DNA of 64,000 nt, from contig DYMB01000001.1 in assembly GCA_020721805.1 (NCBI GenBank), positions 243,149-307,148 of the forward strand, given 5' to 3'. How positions within the stretch are numbered: the stretch's first letter is position 1; each line of letters opens with the position of its first letter. The position numbers were made by a program, and so were the translations under genes. The DNA comes from Acetofilamentum sp. Its GTDB lineage: Bacteria > Hydrothermota > 32-111. Below the pieces are notes generated by a model. The model did not search any database. It was not told the DNA's origin and worked only from the letters and a program-made list of their open reading frames with translations. Positions 44,287 to 54,382 of this stretch are shown here, in pieces.

Positions 44287-45253
44287 AATAATAGCGACAG
44301 GCTCATATCTTCCCGAAAAAATTTTGACCAACGATGATCTCTCAAAAATGGTTGATACAAACGATGAATGGATAACACAGAGAACAGGTATAAAAAATAG
44401 ACATATAGCCGATAAAAATCAGGCTACAAGCGATCTTGGTGTTATAGCTGCAAAAAGGTGTTTTGAAACTTATGGAATTGAACCTGAAACCATAGATGCT
44501 ATCATTTTTGCTACTGTAACTCCAGACAAACTTTTCCCTTCAACAGCCATATATGTTCAAAAATCTCTTGGAATTTTAAATGTTCCAGCATTTGATATCT
44601 CAGCCGCTTGTTCTGGATTCATATATGGATTATCCGTTGCAGGTGGTCTTATAAACTCAACATCTATGAAAAGGATACTTGTATTTGGAGGTGAGACTCT
44701 ATCCAAAGTTACAAACTGGGAGGACAGATCCACATGTGTTCTTTTTGGAGATGGAGTTGGGGTTGCTGTTGTTGAAGAATCTTTTGATGAATCTGGTATC
44801 ATTTCAGTATATATAGGTGCCGATGGGAATATGGAATATCTTCTTCATCAACCAGCAGGAGGTTCAAGGAATCCAGCGACATTTGAAACCGTTGAAAAAA
44901 AATTACACACCATACATATGGCTGGAAATGAGGTTTATAAATTTGCCGTGAATACAATGCAGATGGCTGCCGAAAAGGCACTTGAACTTGCCAAGATAAC
45001 TTCTCAGGATATAAAATGGTTTATCCCGCATCAGGCTAATATAAGAATAATCGATACGACAGCAAAGTATTTAAAAGTCCCTAAGGAAAAAGTTTTCGTC
45101 AACATTGATAAAACCGCAAACACCTCAGCTGGATCGATACCGATAGCCCTGGATCAAATGAACAGGGAAGGGCTTTTGAAAAAAGGAGATCTGATCCTTA
45201 TTGATGCTTTTGGAGCAGGTTTCACCTGGGGAGCAGCTGTAATAAGGTGGTAG
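44273..45253 (+). CDS. fabH: 3-oxoacyl-ACP synthase III
   Basis: Active-site AACSGF (Cys), H and N of the triad, and the GAGF C-terminus. GTG start at 44273 preceded by AAGGAG is preferred; the ATG at 44258 is the alternative. Confidence 0.88.
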   Translation: MKKIKIIATGSYLPEKILTNDDLSKMVDTNDEWITQRTGIKNRHIADKNQATSDLGVIAAKRCFETYGIEPETIDAIIFATVTPDKLFPSTAIYVQKSLGILNVPAFDISAACSGFIYGLSVAGGLINSTSMKRILVFGGETLSKVTNWEDRSTCVLFGDGVGVAVVEESFDESGIISVYIGADGNMEYLLHQPAGGSRNPATFETVEKKLHTIHMAGNEVYKFAVNTMQMAAEKALELAKITSQDIKWFIPHQANIRIIDTTAKYLKVPKEKVFVNIDKTANTSAGSIPIALDQMNREGLLKKGDLILIDAFGAGFTWGAAVIRW

Positions 45254-45254
45254 A

Positions 45255-46160
45255 GTGAAAAATGTTTTAATGTTCCCAGGTCAGGGCTCTCAGTATGTCG
45301 GTATGGCTTCCGATCTGTATGAATACGATGAGGTGAAAAGACTTTTTGACCAAACTTCTCAGATAATCAATGATGATATAGCAAAAATAATGTTTTCAGG
45401 TCCAGATGAACTTCTTACCGAGTCAAAAAACGCTCAGGTGGCAATACTTTTACATTCCTTTTCAGTTTTTTCTCTTATGAAGGATAGAATAAAATTTGAT
45501 GCTGTATGTGGACATTCTCTTGGTGAATATACAGCTTTACTGGTATCTGGGGTTTTTGATTTTAAAAGTGCCGTGGAACTTGTAAGAAAGAGAGGCGAAC
45601 TGATGAGTTATGCTGGTTTGAAAGCAAAGGGCAGTATGGCTGCCGTTATAGGTCTTTCACCTTTGATAATTGAAGATGTTCTTTCTAAAATAGAAGGGGT
45701 TGTTATAGCCAATTATAATGGTGATCAACAAACCGTTATTTCTGGAACAGTTGAGGGTATTCAAAACGCAACTGAAATACTTTCCAAAAAAGGAGCAAGA
45801 AGGGTTGTAAAACTTAATGTCTCAGGTGCCTTTCATTCTCCTCTTATGGATTATGCGTATAGAGAGTTTGCCGATTTTATAGATAGATATGAATTCAATA
45901 AACCGAAATCATATGTCTTAATGAATGTTTCAGCCAATTTTGAAAATGATCCCACTAAAATCAGAGAACTGTTGAAAAAACAGATAATAAGTCCGGTAAA
46001 ATGGACACAGATAATGAGAAATCTTATAGATAACGGTTATGGTAATTTTTACGAAATGGGACCATCTAAAGTTTTATCTGGTATTTTGAAAAAGATAGAT
46101 TTAGAAAAAAGATCTTCTTCTTTTGAAAAGAAGGATGAAATATTAAATTTTAAGGAGTGA
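45255..46160 (+). CDS. fabD: Malonyl CoA-ACP transacylase
   Basis: FPGQGSQ and GHSLGEYTAL (active Ser) motifs. Probable GTG start. Confidence 0.9.
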   Translation: MKNVLMFPGQGSQYVGMASDLYEYDEVKRLFDQTSQIINDDIAKIMFSGPDELLTESKNAQVAILLHSFSVFSLMKDRIKFDAVCGHSLGEYTALLVSGVFDFKSAVELVRKRGELMSYAGLKAKGSMAAVIGLSPLIIEDVLSKIEGVVIANYNGDQQTVISGTVEGIQNATEILSKKGARRVVKLNVSGAFHSPLMDYAYREFADFIDRYEFNKPKSYVLMNVSANFENDPTKIRELLKKQIISPVKWTQIMRNLIDNGYGNFYEMGPSKVLSGILKKIDLEKRSSSFEKKDEILNFKE

Positions 46161-46162
46161 AT

Positions 46163-46903
46163 ATGGAATTTAAAGGTAAAAATGTTATAGTTACAGGTGG
46201 AATCAGAGGTATAGGTAGAAGCATAGCTTTAAATTTTGCAAAGGAAGGTGCCGATATTATAATTTTTGATATGATTGAAGAAGGGAAGGATGAGTTGAAA
46301 GGGCTGATTGAAGATTACGGGGTAAGATTTGAATATTTTAAAGTTGATGTATCCAATTACTCTGAAGTGGAAAAAGTTGTAGATCTATTGATAGAAAAAT
46401 ATCAAAAAATAGATTTTCTTATAAACAATGCTGGTATAACGAAAGATAATCTTTTGATAAGTATGCAGGAAACCGATTGGGATAAAGTTATTTCTGTCAA
46501 TTTAAAAGGGACTTTCAACTGTTCAAAAAATGTTGTAAAATATATGATAAAAAAAAGATACGGTGCTATAGTAAATATTTCTTCTGTAATAGGTATAATG
46601 GGAAACAAAGGACAAGCGAATTATGCAGCGAGTAAGGCTGGAATAATCGGATTTACAAAATCACTAGCCAAAGAAGTTGGATTGAGAAATATAAGAGTGA
46701 ACGCGATAGCCCCTGGTTTTATAGAAACTGATATGACTAAAGTTCTACCTCAGGAAGTTATAAATGAATATTCCAAACTGATACCGATGGGAAGAATGGG
46801 AAAACCGGATGATGTTGCCAACCTTTGTTTATTTCTTTGTTCGGAAAGATCAAATTATGTTACCGGTCAGGTTATTCACTGTGATGGCGGTATGTTAATG
46901 TAA
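46163..46903 (+). CDS. fabG: 3-oxoacyl-ACP reductase
   Basis: SDR: TGGIRGIG, NNAG, YAASKAG. RBS AAGGAG 5 nt upstream of the ATG at 46163. Confidence 0.9.
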   Translation: MEFKGKNVIVTGGIRGIGRSIALNFAKEGADIIIFDMIEEGKDELKGLIEDYGVRFEYFKVDVSNYSEVEKVVDLLIEKYQKIDFLINNAGITKDNLLISMQETDWDKVISVNLKGTFNCSKNVVKYMIKKRYGAIVNISSVIGIMGNKGQANYAASKAGIIGFTKSLAKEVGLRNIRVNAIAPGFIETDMTKVLPQEVINEYSKLIPMGRMGKPDDVANLCLFLCSERSNYVTGQVIHCDGGMLM

Positions 46904-46922
46904 AATAAATAAGGAGGTATTG

Positions 46923-47162
46923 ATGTCTCAGGTTTATGAAACAGTGAAAAAATTGTTGGTCGAAAATCTTTCAATCGATGAAGGTAAAATCAATGAAAAT
47001 GCTAACATTATGCAAGATCTTGGTGCTGATTCTCTCGATCTTATGGATCTTGTAAATGAACTTGAAAAGATCTATTCTATCAAGATTCCCCAGGAAGATT
47101 ATGCTAATTTGAAAACTGTTGGAGATGTAACGAAGTATATAGAAGGGAAAATAGCAAAATAA
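46923..47162 (+). CDS. acpP: Acyl carrier protein
   Basis: DLGADSLDLMDLV phosphopantetheine-attachment site. RBS AAGGAGG at 46911-46917. Confidence 0.92.
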   Translation: MSQVYETVKKLLVENLSIDEGKINENANIMQDLGADSLDLMDLVNELEKIYSIKIPQEDYANLKTVGDVTKYIEGKIAK

Positions 47163-47170
47163 AGATAAAC

Positions 47171-47196
47171 GATGAAGTGGGTTCTCCCACTTCATC
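47171..47196 (+). promoter_or_regulatory. Perfect 11-bp stem-loop (GATGAAGTGGG-TTCT-CCCACTTCATC) between acpP and fabF; candidate partial terminator, processing site or mRNA stabiliser
   Basis: The inverted repeat begins 9 nt after the acpP stop and is not followed by a T-tract. The fabF RBS follows. Confidence 0.5.
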
Positions 47197-47212
47197 AACA
47201 TGGAGACAAAAT

Positions 47213-48448
47213 ATGAAGAGAGTTGTAATTACAGGTTTGGGTGTTTTATCTTCAATAGGGAACAATATCGATGAGTTTTCAAAAAATCTGTTTGCTGGTG
47301 GTAGTGGAATAACCAGAATAACAAAATTTGATGCAACAGGTTTTCCATCGATGATCGCTGGTGAAGTAAAAAATTTTAACCCTGAATTTATCTTTAACAA
47401 AAAAGAACAAAGAAGACTTGACCTCGTTACCCAATATAGTCTCTATGTTTGTGATGAGGCTATTAAAAATTCTTCAATAGATTTTAACTCAAGCGATCTT
47501 GACAGGATCGGGGTGATAATAGCATCCGGAATAGGTGGAGTTAAAACATGGGAAAAACAACACTCATTATTTTTGTCTGAAGGAGTTGATAGGTTGAGTC
47601 CATTCTTTATTCCTATGATGATAATAAATTCCTCTTCAGGAAATGTAGCCATAAAATATAAATTAAAAGGACCAAACTATTCTGTTGTATCGGCATGTGC
47701 TTCAAGTGGACATGCGATAGCTGATGCTTACAATCACATAATTCTTGATAATGCCGATGTTATGATATGCGGAGGTGCTGAAGCATCGATAACGCCACTC
47801 TCCGTAGGCGGATTCATAGCCTTACAGGCTTTATCAACGAAAAACGATATACCACAAAAAGCATCAAGACCATTTGATGCAACAAGGGATGGTTTCGTAA
47901 TAGCTGAAGGAGCGGCAGTTTTAATTCTTGAGAGTCTTGAGCACGCTTTGAAAAGAAATGCTCCCATATTAGCAGAAATTACAGGTTATGGTGTAAACGA
48001 TGATGCATACCATATAACCGCACCAGATGAATCAGGCGAAGGACCTTCAAAATGTATGTTACTCGCAATCAAAAGAAGTGGAAAGAGTGTTGAGGATGTT
48101 GATTATATAAATGCACATGGAACTTCAACAAAATTGAATGATCAGATAGAGACACTTGCTATAAAAAAGGCTCTAAAGGAAAAAGCATACGATGTAAACA
48201 TCTCCAGTACAAAATCTATGCATGGTCATATGCTTGGAGCAGCAAGTGCCGTTGAGGCTGTCGCAACGATACTTTCGATAAAAAATGGAATAATCCCACC
48301 AACCATAAATTATGAAAATAAAGACCCTAACTGTGATCTCAACTATACACCCAATTATGCTATAAAAAAGGATATAAAGTTTGCTCTTTCAAATTCTTTT
48401 GGTTTTGGTGGACATAATGTAACTCTTGCTTTTGCCAGGTATGAATGA
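47213..48448 (+). CDS. fabF: 3-oxoacyl-ACP synthase II
   Basis: MKRVVITGLG start, active-site Cys SACASSGHA, two His, and a GFGGHN C-terminus. RBS GGAGA upstream of the ATG at 47213. Confidence 0.9.
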   Translation: MKRVVITGLGVLSSIGNNIDEFSKNLFAGGSGITRITKFDATGFPSMIAGEVKNFNPEFIFNKKEQRRLDLVTQYSLYVCDEAIKNSSIDFNSSDLDRIGVIIASGIGGVKTWEKQHSLFLSEGVDRLSPFFIPMMIINSSSGNVAIKYKLKGPNYSVVSACASSGHAIADAYNHIILDNADVMICGGAEASITPLSVGGFIALQALSTKNDIPQKASRPFDATRDGFVIAEGAAVLILESLEHALKRNAPILAEITGYGVNDDAYHITAPDESGEGPSKCMLLAIKRSGKSVEDVDYINAHGTSTKLNDQIETLAIKKALKEKAYDVNISSTKSMHGHMLGAASAVEAVATILSIKNGIIPPTINYENKDPNCDLNYTPNYAIKKDIKFALSNSFGFGGHNVTLAFARYE

Positions 48449-49097
48449 TATTCTTCTTGTTGAAAAGTTTAAAAAAAAAACCGGAATAGATTTTGAAAAT
48501 ACACAACTTTTAAAAGAATCGATAACACACAGATCAAACGGTGATAGCGGGTCCTATGAGAGACTCGAATTTCTTGGAGATTCTATTCTTTCATTTTTAA
48601 CATCCCTTTATCTTTATAAAAAAAATAAAGATTTTTCAGAGGGAGAACTTTCAAAAAAAAGGAGTGAAATAGTTAACAGGGAGAATCTCGCCTTTGTATT
48701 TGACAAACTCAACCTGGATGAGATTATCATAGCTGATAGAAAATCTTTAAAAACTCTACCAGATTCTATAAAGGAAGATGTTGTGGAATCTATTTTTGGA
48801 GCGATATATCTTGAAAAAGGATTAAGGGGAGTAAAAAAATTTTTTAAACTTCTTCTTAAAAATTCAAGAGAAATTTCAGATGAGTTCTATGCGAAAAATC
48901 AACTACAGGAACTATCCCTGGTGAAATTTAAAAAATTGCCTTTGTTTAAAACTGAAGTTTACAGTAATGAAAAGTTTAAGTGTAAAGTTTATCTTGATGG
49001 TAAATATTATGCTCAATCTGTTGGTAAGACAAAAAAAGAGAGCGAAAAAAAAGCAGCAAAAAATGCTTTAAAGAAGATATATAAGGAGAGTGTATGA
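48441..49097 (+). CDS. rnc: Ribonuclease III
   Basis: RNase III signature ERLEFLGDSIL and a C-terminal dsRBD. Overlaps the fabF stop by 8 nt. Confidence 0.88.
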   Translation: MNDILLVEKFKKKTGIDFENTQLLKESITHRSNGDSGSYERLEFLGDSILSFLTSLYLYKKNKDFSEGELSKKRSEIVNRENLAFVFDKLNLDEIIIADRKSLKTLPDSIKEDVVESIFGAIYLEKGLRGVKKFFKLLLKNSREISDEFYAKNQLQELSLVKFKKLPLFKTEVYSNEKFKCKVYLDGKYYAQSVGKTKKESEKKAAKNALKKIYKESV

Positions 49098-49888
49098 ATA
49101 TTGTAGTTTGTATAAAACAGGTTCCAGATACGAGTCAGATGAAGTTTGATCCTGAAACGAAGACTATAAAAAGAGAGGGGGTTGAAAATATAGTTAATCC
49201 TTTCGATCTTTATGCTGTTGAAGAGGCACTAAGGATAAAGGAAAAGTTTTTCCCGGATGCTACCATAACTGCGATATCGATGGGTCCAAAACAGGCTGAA
49301 AACGCTTTAAGGGAAGTTGTCTCAATGGGTGTGGATAAAGCGATACTTTTATCAGACAAGTCATTTGCCGCATCCGATACACTCGCAACCAGTTATGTTC
49401 TCTCTGAGGCTATAAAAAAATTGGGTGATGTTAAACTTGTGCTTTTTGGAAAAATGGCTATAGATGGGGATACCGCACAGGTTGGTCCGGAGGTCGCCGC
49501 CCTTTTGGATATACCTCAAATAACATTTGTAAGAAAAATAGTTGAAATAACAAAAGATCATATCATAGCACAAAGAGGTATGGAGGATGGTTTTGAAACT
49601 TTGAAGGTCAGTTTACCGGCCGTGATAACATGTATAAAGGAACTCAATGAACCAAGACTTCCATCCCTGAGAGGAAAGATAAGGGCAAAAAAAGAGGATA
49701 TACCCGTATGGGATGCAAACTATTTAAATATAGATCTTGAAAGATGTGGCTTCAAAGGATCCCCCACATGGGTTACAAAAGCTTTCACACCAACGATTCA
49801 GAAGGAGAATATAATATTCAACGACGAGGATCAAAACAAGAATGTTGAAAATCTTATAAATGAACTTAAAAAGAAATCTATACTTTAA
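49094..49888 (+). CDS. etfB: Electron transfer flavoprotein beta subunit
   Basis: MNIVVCIKQVPDTSQMKFDPETKTIKREGVENIVNPFDLYAVEEALRIKE is a typical EtfB/FixA start. ATGA overlap with rnc. Confidence 0.88.
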   Translation: MNIVVCIKQVPDTSQMKFDPETKTIKREGVENIVNPFDLYAVEEALRIKEKFFPDATITAISMGPKQAENALREVVSMGVDKAILLSDKSFAASDTLATSYVLSEAIKKLGDVKLVLFGKMAIDGDTAQVGPEVAALLDIPQITFVRKIVEITKDHIIAQRGMEDGFETLKVSLPAVITCIKELNEPRLPSLRGKIRAKKEDIPVWDANYLNIDLERCGFKGSPTWVTKAFTPTIQKENIIFNDEDQNKNVENLINELKKKSIL

Positions 49889-49897
49889 GGAGTATAT

Positions 49898-50893
49898 ATG
49901 GATTTAAAAGAATATAAAGGCGTTCTGGTTTACATTGAAACAAGGTTTGGAAAAATTGAAAAAGTTTCATTTGAACTTCTTAACAAGGGAAGAGAACTTG
50001 CTGATAAAAAGAGAGTTGATCTGACTAGTCTTATAATAGGTTATGATGTTGAAAAATTTTCAGATGAACTCATAAAAAAGGGTTCGGATAAAGTTATACT
50101 TGTTGATGATGAAAGGCTAAAAGATTTTGTGGATTCAACATATTCCAATATTGTTGTTGATGTTGTAAAAAAGTATAAACCTGAAATCTTTATAGCGGGT
50201 TCAACAAATATAGGTAGATCTCTATTCCCAAGAGTTTCCGCAAAACTTTTAACAGGTCTTACAGCAGATTGTACCGAACTTGATATAGATCCAGAGGATG
50301 GGAAACTGTTGCAAACAAGACCAGCCGCAGGTGGATCGATAATGGCTACGATCGTAACTCCAAACAGAAGACCACAGATGGCAACCGTAAGACACAAAGT
50401 CTTTAAAGAGGCGATTATGGATCCGAAAAGAACCGGAATAGTCGAAAGGTTCTCTATAGAGGAAAGAATGATAGATAAAAGGGTCGAGTATCTTGGTTTC
50501 GAAAAAGATGAAACTCAGACTGTAAACCTTTCAGATGCTGATATCATAGTATCTGGTGGAAGAGGTTTAAAATCAAAAGATAATTTTAGTTTAATATTTG
50601 AACTGGCTGGTCTTCTTAACGGTGCCGTAGGTGCTTCAAGACCCTGTATAGATGATGGATGGTTACCATTCTCCCATCAGGTCGGTCAGACAGGTAAAAC
50701 GGTTTCTCCAAAACTTTATCTGGCTGTTGGAATATCTGGAGCCATACAGCATCTTGCAGGTATGAAATCTTCCGAAACTATAATCGCTATAAATAAGGAC
50801 CCAAACTCCCCAATTTTTCAGGTGGCTGATTATGGAATAGTTGGTGATCTTTTTGAGGTTGTGCCACTTCTTATAAAAAAGTTGAAAAGATGA
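49898..50893 (+). CDS. etfA: Electron transfer flavoprotein alpha subunit
   Basis: FAD-binding C-terminal domain: VSGGRGLKS, GASRPCIDDGW, QVGQTGKTVSPKLYLAVGISGAIQHLAGM. Confidence 0.88.
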   Translation: MDLKEYKGVLVYIETRFGKIEKVSFELLNKGRELADKKRVDLTSLIIGYDVEKFSDELIKKGSDKVILVDDERLKDFVDSTYSNIVVDVVKKYKPEIFIAGSTNIGRSLFPRVSAKLLTGLTADCTELDIDPEDGKLLQTRPAAGGSIMATIVTPNRRPQMATVRHKVFKEAIMDPKRTGIVERFSIEERMIDKRVEYLGFEKDETQTVNLSDADIIVSGGRGLKSKDNFSLIFELAGLLNGAVGASRPCIDDGWLPFSHQVGQTGKTVSPKLYLAVGISGAIQHLAGMKSSETIIAINKDPNSPIFQVADYGIVGDLFEVVPLLIKKLKR

Positions 50894-51597
50894 AAAAATA
50901 TTCAATAAGTGCGATGTTTCCCTGCTATAATGACAGGGAAACCATAAGTTTACTTATTGATAAGGTGAATTCAAAATTAAAACAATTTGCAGATGATTAC
51001 GAGATAATAGTTGTTGATGATTTTTCCACTGATGGTTCAAGAGAGATTTTACTTGAAAAATCAAAAGAGAATAAAAAGTTGAGATTGATCTTCCATGATA
51101 AAAATTTAGGCTATGGTTTAACGATAAGGGATGGATTGTTAAATGCTAAATTTCCCTATTTTTTTTATACAGATGGTGATGGGCAGTATGATCCTGATGA
51201 AATAGAAAAACTGATAAAATTTCTTGATGATGATATGGCCCTTGTTAACGGATATAAGATTTTAAGGAGGGATCCATTTTACAGGATAATAATAGGAAGA
51301 CTCTATAACCTTTTTATGAAATTTTTTTTTGGAATAAAACTTAAAGATATCGATTGTGATTTCAGGATAATTAAAAAAGATATCTTTAAAGATGAAAAAT
51401 TTATTTCAACCTCTGGAACCATATGTGTTGAAATGGTAAAAAAGATCGAATTGAAAAAGGGAAAGATAAAAGAGGTTGGTGTAAACCATTACAACAGAGA
51501 ATATGGTAATTCACAGTTTTTCAATTTTAAAAGATTATTTTTTGTTAGTTTTCATATTTTGATTTTATGGTATAATATTGTAGGTAAAAGGAGATAA
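50890..51597 (+). CDS. GT2 polyprenol-phosphate sugar synthase (DPM1/ArnC/CsbB-like)
   Basis: GT-A motifs VVDDFSTDGS and DGDGQYDP (DxD), with a C-terminal amphipathic/TM segment. ATGA overlap with etfA. Confidence 0.8.
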   Translation: MKKYSISAMFPCYNDRETISLLIDKVNSKLKQFADDYEIIVVDDFSTDGSREILLEKSKENKKLRLIFHDKNLGYGLTIRDGLLNAKFPYFFYTDGDGQYDPDEIEKLIKFLDDDMALVNGYKILRRDPFYRIIIGRLYNLFMKFFFGIKLKDIDCDFRIIKKDIFKDEKFISTSGTICVEMVKKIELKKGKIKEVGVNHYNREYGNSQFFNFKRLFFVSFHILILWYNIVGKRR

Positions 51598-51601
51598 TTT
51601 T

Positions 51602-52579
51602 ATGAAAACAAAAAAAATAAAATCTGTTCTTATAACCGGTGGTTTAGGTTTCATAGGTTTAAACCTTTCACAGTTTTTTATTCAAAAGGGGATTGAAGTT
51701 TTTGTTCTCGATTCAAAGAATGAAAATTCTGGTTATAACGAATTTCATCTACTTACCCTTAAGAAAAAAGGTTTGACTATAATTGAGGGGACGATAGGTA
51801 ATATTCATAAGCATAGAGAAATATTGAAAAATGTTGATTCTGTTGTTGACCTTGCCGGACTTATAGGACATCTTGATTCTATGAAAAATCCACTTGCTGA
51901 TATAGAGAATAATACTGTTGAACATATTAGATTTCTTGAAAATATCAAAGGATTTAAAATCTCTAAAATAGTTTACACTTCTACAAGACAGGTTTATGGG
52001 AAACAGGAGAAGATGCCTGTTGATGAAAATGCCACTGTAAAACCTCTTGATTTCAACGGGATCAACAAATATTCGACTGAATCATATTATTCGATATATT
52101 CAAAACACTTAAACTTTGATGTCGTGATTTTGAGATTATCAAACATATATGGTGAAGGTATGCATATAAGGGATAAAAGGTTATCATTTTTGGGTTGGTT
52201 TATGAACAGGATCATAACAAATAATCCTATAGAAATTTTTGGTGATGGCTTAAATGTTAGAGATCTTCTCTATGTTGGAGATCTTGTAAATACAATATAC
52301 AATTCACTTGTTATGGATGTTTCCGGAATTTTCAATGTTGGTTCAGATAAAACATTCACTCTTAAAAGAATTGCCGAAATTCTTGTTGATTTGAATCCTA
52401 AATCTTCAATAATCTATGTTCCCTTTCCTGACGTTTTGAAAAACATAGATATTGGTTCTTTTATAATAGATAATTCGAAAGCAAAAAATCTACTTGAACA
52501 CAGAGAAATTGTTAGTATAGAGGAAGGGTTGAAAAAAACTTATGAATACTTCCAAAAATATAAAGGATATTATCTATGA
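51602..52579 (+). CDS. NAD-dependent epimerase/dehydratase (extended SDR) acting on a nucleotide sugar
   Basis: Rossmann motif VLITGGLGFIGLNL. Length 325 aa. Sits in a sugar-modification cluster. Confidence 0.75.
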   Translation: MKTKKIKSVLITGGLGFIGLNLSQFFIQKGIEVFVLDSKNENSGYNEFHLLTLKKKGLTIIEGTIGNIHKHREILKNVDSVVDLAGLIGHLDSMKNPLADIENNTVEHIRFLENIKGFKISKIVYTSTRQVYGKQEKMPVDENATVKPLDFNGINKYSTESYYSIYSKHLNFDVVILRLSNIYGEGMHIRDKRLSFLGWFMNRIITNNPIEIFGDGLNVRDLLYVGDLVNTIYNSLVMDVSGIFNVGSDKTFTLKRIAEILVDLNPKSSIIYVPFPDVLKNIDIGSFIIDNSKAKNLLEHREIVSIEEGLKKTYEYFQKYKGYYL

Positions 52580-53643
52580 TACCTTTTACTCAATTGAACA
52601 GGAATAAAGAGGAATTTAAAAGAATAAAAAAAGAACTGGATAATTTTTATAAAAAAGGGAAGTTTATTCTTGGAGATTATAACAGTGAGTTTGAAAATCT
52701 TTTTGGAAAGTTTATAGGTAAAAAATATGTTGTTGGAACAGGTAACGCAACCGATTCTTTATATCTTATCCTTAGAATATTAAAAGCCAAAAAGGTTGGA
52801 GTGTGCGCTTCGAGTCCTTTACCATGTGGACAGGCGATAAAAATGGCTGGTTGTGAGATGGTTCTTTTTGATACCTATCCAGATTCAGGATTGGTTAATA
52901 TCGAGCAGTTTCAAAAATCTAGAAAAAAAATAGATCTCTTTCTTGCGGTTCATCTATATGGACAGGCTGAAAGGATTGAAATATTGAAAGATGTTTGTGA
53001 TAGAAAGGGAATAGTTCTTGTTGAGGATTGTTCACAATCAATAGATACCTATATCGATGGGAAACATACAGGCTCCAACTCTGTCTTGTCAGCATTTTCA
53101 TTCTATCCAACGAAAAATTTAGGATGCTATGGTGATGGGGGAGCTATTGCAACAGATGATTTTAAATTGTACACAATGCTTCAAAAGATGAGAAATTATG
53201 GTCAGAAAGAGATATACTCTTCAGAAATGGAAGGGATAAACAGTAGACTCGATGAAATTCAGGCACTCGTTTTAATTGAAAAACTTAAAAGTCTAAAGAA
53301 AAAAAATGACAAAAGAAGGGAAATAATAAGGAAATATTATGATGGAATAAAAAATAAATATGTATCTTTTCCTTCGGAAAGATATTATAAAACTTCAAAT
53401 GGTCATATCTTCCCAATATTTTCACAAAGAAGGGATCAACTTAAAGAGCATCTTTTAAAACAGGGTATAATCACAGCGATCCATTATCCTTATCCTTTAC
53501 ATAAACAAAAATATTTTTATCAGGATATAATTTTGAAAAACTCGGAAAAACTTTCAAAAAGAGAACTTTCACTACCGATTTTTCCTGAAATGACGGATAA
53601 TGAGGTTTTAGAGGTTATAAAAGGAGTAAACTCTTTTAAATGA
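52576..53643 (+). CDS. DegT/DnrJ/EryC1/StrS (ArnB-like) PLP-dependent sugar aminotransferase
   Basis: Signature AFSFYPTKNLGCYGDGGAIATDD, containing the PLP-Lys region. Confidence 0.85.
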   Translation: MIPFTQLNRNKEEFKRIKKELDNFYKKGKFILGDYNSEFENLFGKFIGKKYVVGTGNATDSLYLILRILKAKKVGVCASSPLPCGQAIKMAGCEMVLFDTYPDSGLVNIEQFQKSRKKIDLFLAVHLYGQAERIEILKDVCDRKGIVLVEDCSQSIDTYIDGKHTGSNSVLSAFSFYPTKNLGCYGDGGAIATDDFKLYTMLQKMRNYGQKEIYSSEMEGINSRLDEIQALVLIEKLKSLKKKNDKRREIIRKYYDGIKNKYVSFPSERYYKTSNGHIFPIFSQRRDQLKEHLLKQGIITAIHYPYPLHKQKYFYQDIILKNSEKLSKRELSLPIFPEMTDNEVLEVIKGVNSFK

Positions 53644-54359
53644 GAAACAAAGAATTTGATAATGTTTTTAAAATTGAAGAGAACCATTTCTGGTTTATCA
53701 ACAAAAGAAGAATCGTTGATTTTTATTTGAAAAAATATTATAAAGATGGTTTGATACTCGACTCAGCATGTGGAACTGGAAGGGATATAAAAGATTTAAA
53801 GGATGCGATAGGAATGGATTATAGTTTCGATGGTTTACTACTGGCTTACAATTATTGCAAAAGTTTGGTTAACGGTGATGCAAACTTTTTACCTTTTAAA
53901 GATAAAACTTTTTCAATTATTTTTTCGTTCGATTTAATACAACATAAAAGTATTGATATAGATAAAGTTTTAAGAGAGTATAACAGAGTTTTAAAGAAGG
54001 GTGGATATGTTTTTTTGAACCTTCCAATGTTTAACTTTTTATATAGTAATCATGATAATGTTGTTGAAACTTCAAAAAGATTTTCTACCAGAGATTTTAA
54101 AATTTTTAAATCTTATGGTTTTACCATCAAAGAAAAATCTTTCTGGAATTTTTTATTTTTCCTTCCTATAATTTTTTATAGAAAGGTAATATCAAATTTT
54201 TTATCATATGATGAATATTCCGATGTTAGACCTCTTAAACCTTCTATGAATAAAGTTTTTGATAGACTGTTTAAATTTGAATTTTTTCTTTTCAAAATGG
54301 GTTTTATTCCTGTTGGAGTTTCATCATTTGTTGTTTTAAGTAAACAGGTTGACCTATAA
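53640..54359 (+). CDS. Class I SAM-dependent methyltransferase
   Basis: Motif I ILDSACGTGRD and motif post-I/II (LKKGGYVFLN). ATGA overlap with the aminotransferase. Confidence 0.7.
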   Translation: MRNKEFDNVFKIEENHFWFINKRRIVDFYLKKYYKDGLILDSACGTGRDIKDLKDAIGMDYSFDGLLLAYNYCKSLVNGDANFLPFKDKTFSIIFSFDLIQHKSIDIDKVLREYNRVLKKGGYVFLNLPMFNFLYSNHDNVVETSKRFSTRDFKIFKSYGFTIKEKSFWNFLFFLPIIFYRKVISNFLSYDEYSDVRPLKPSMNKVFDRLFKFEFFLFKMGFIPVGVSSFVVLSKQVDL

Positions 54360-54382
54360 TTTTTCAATATTATAATAAAAAT

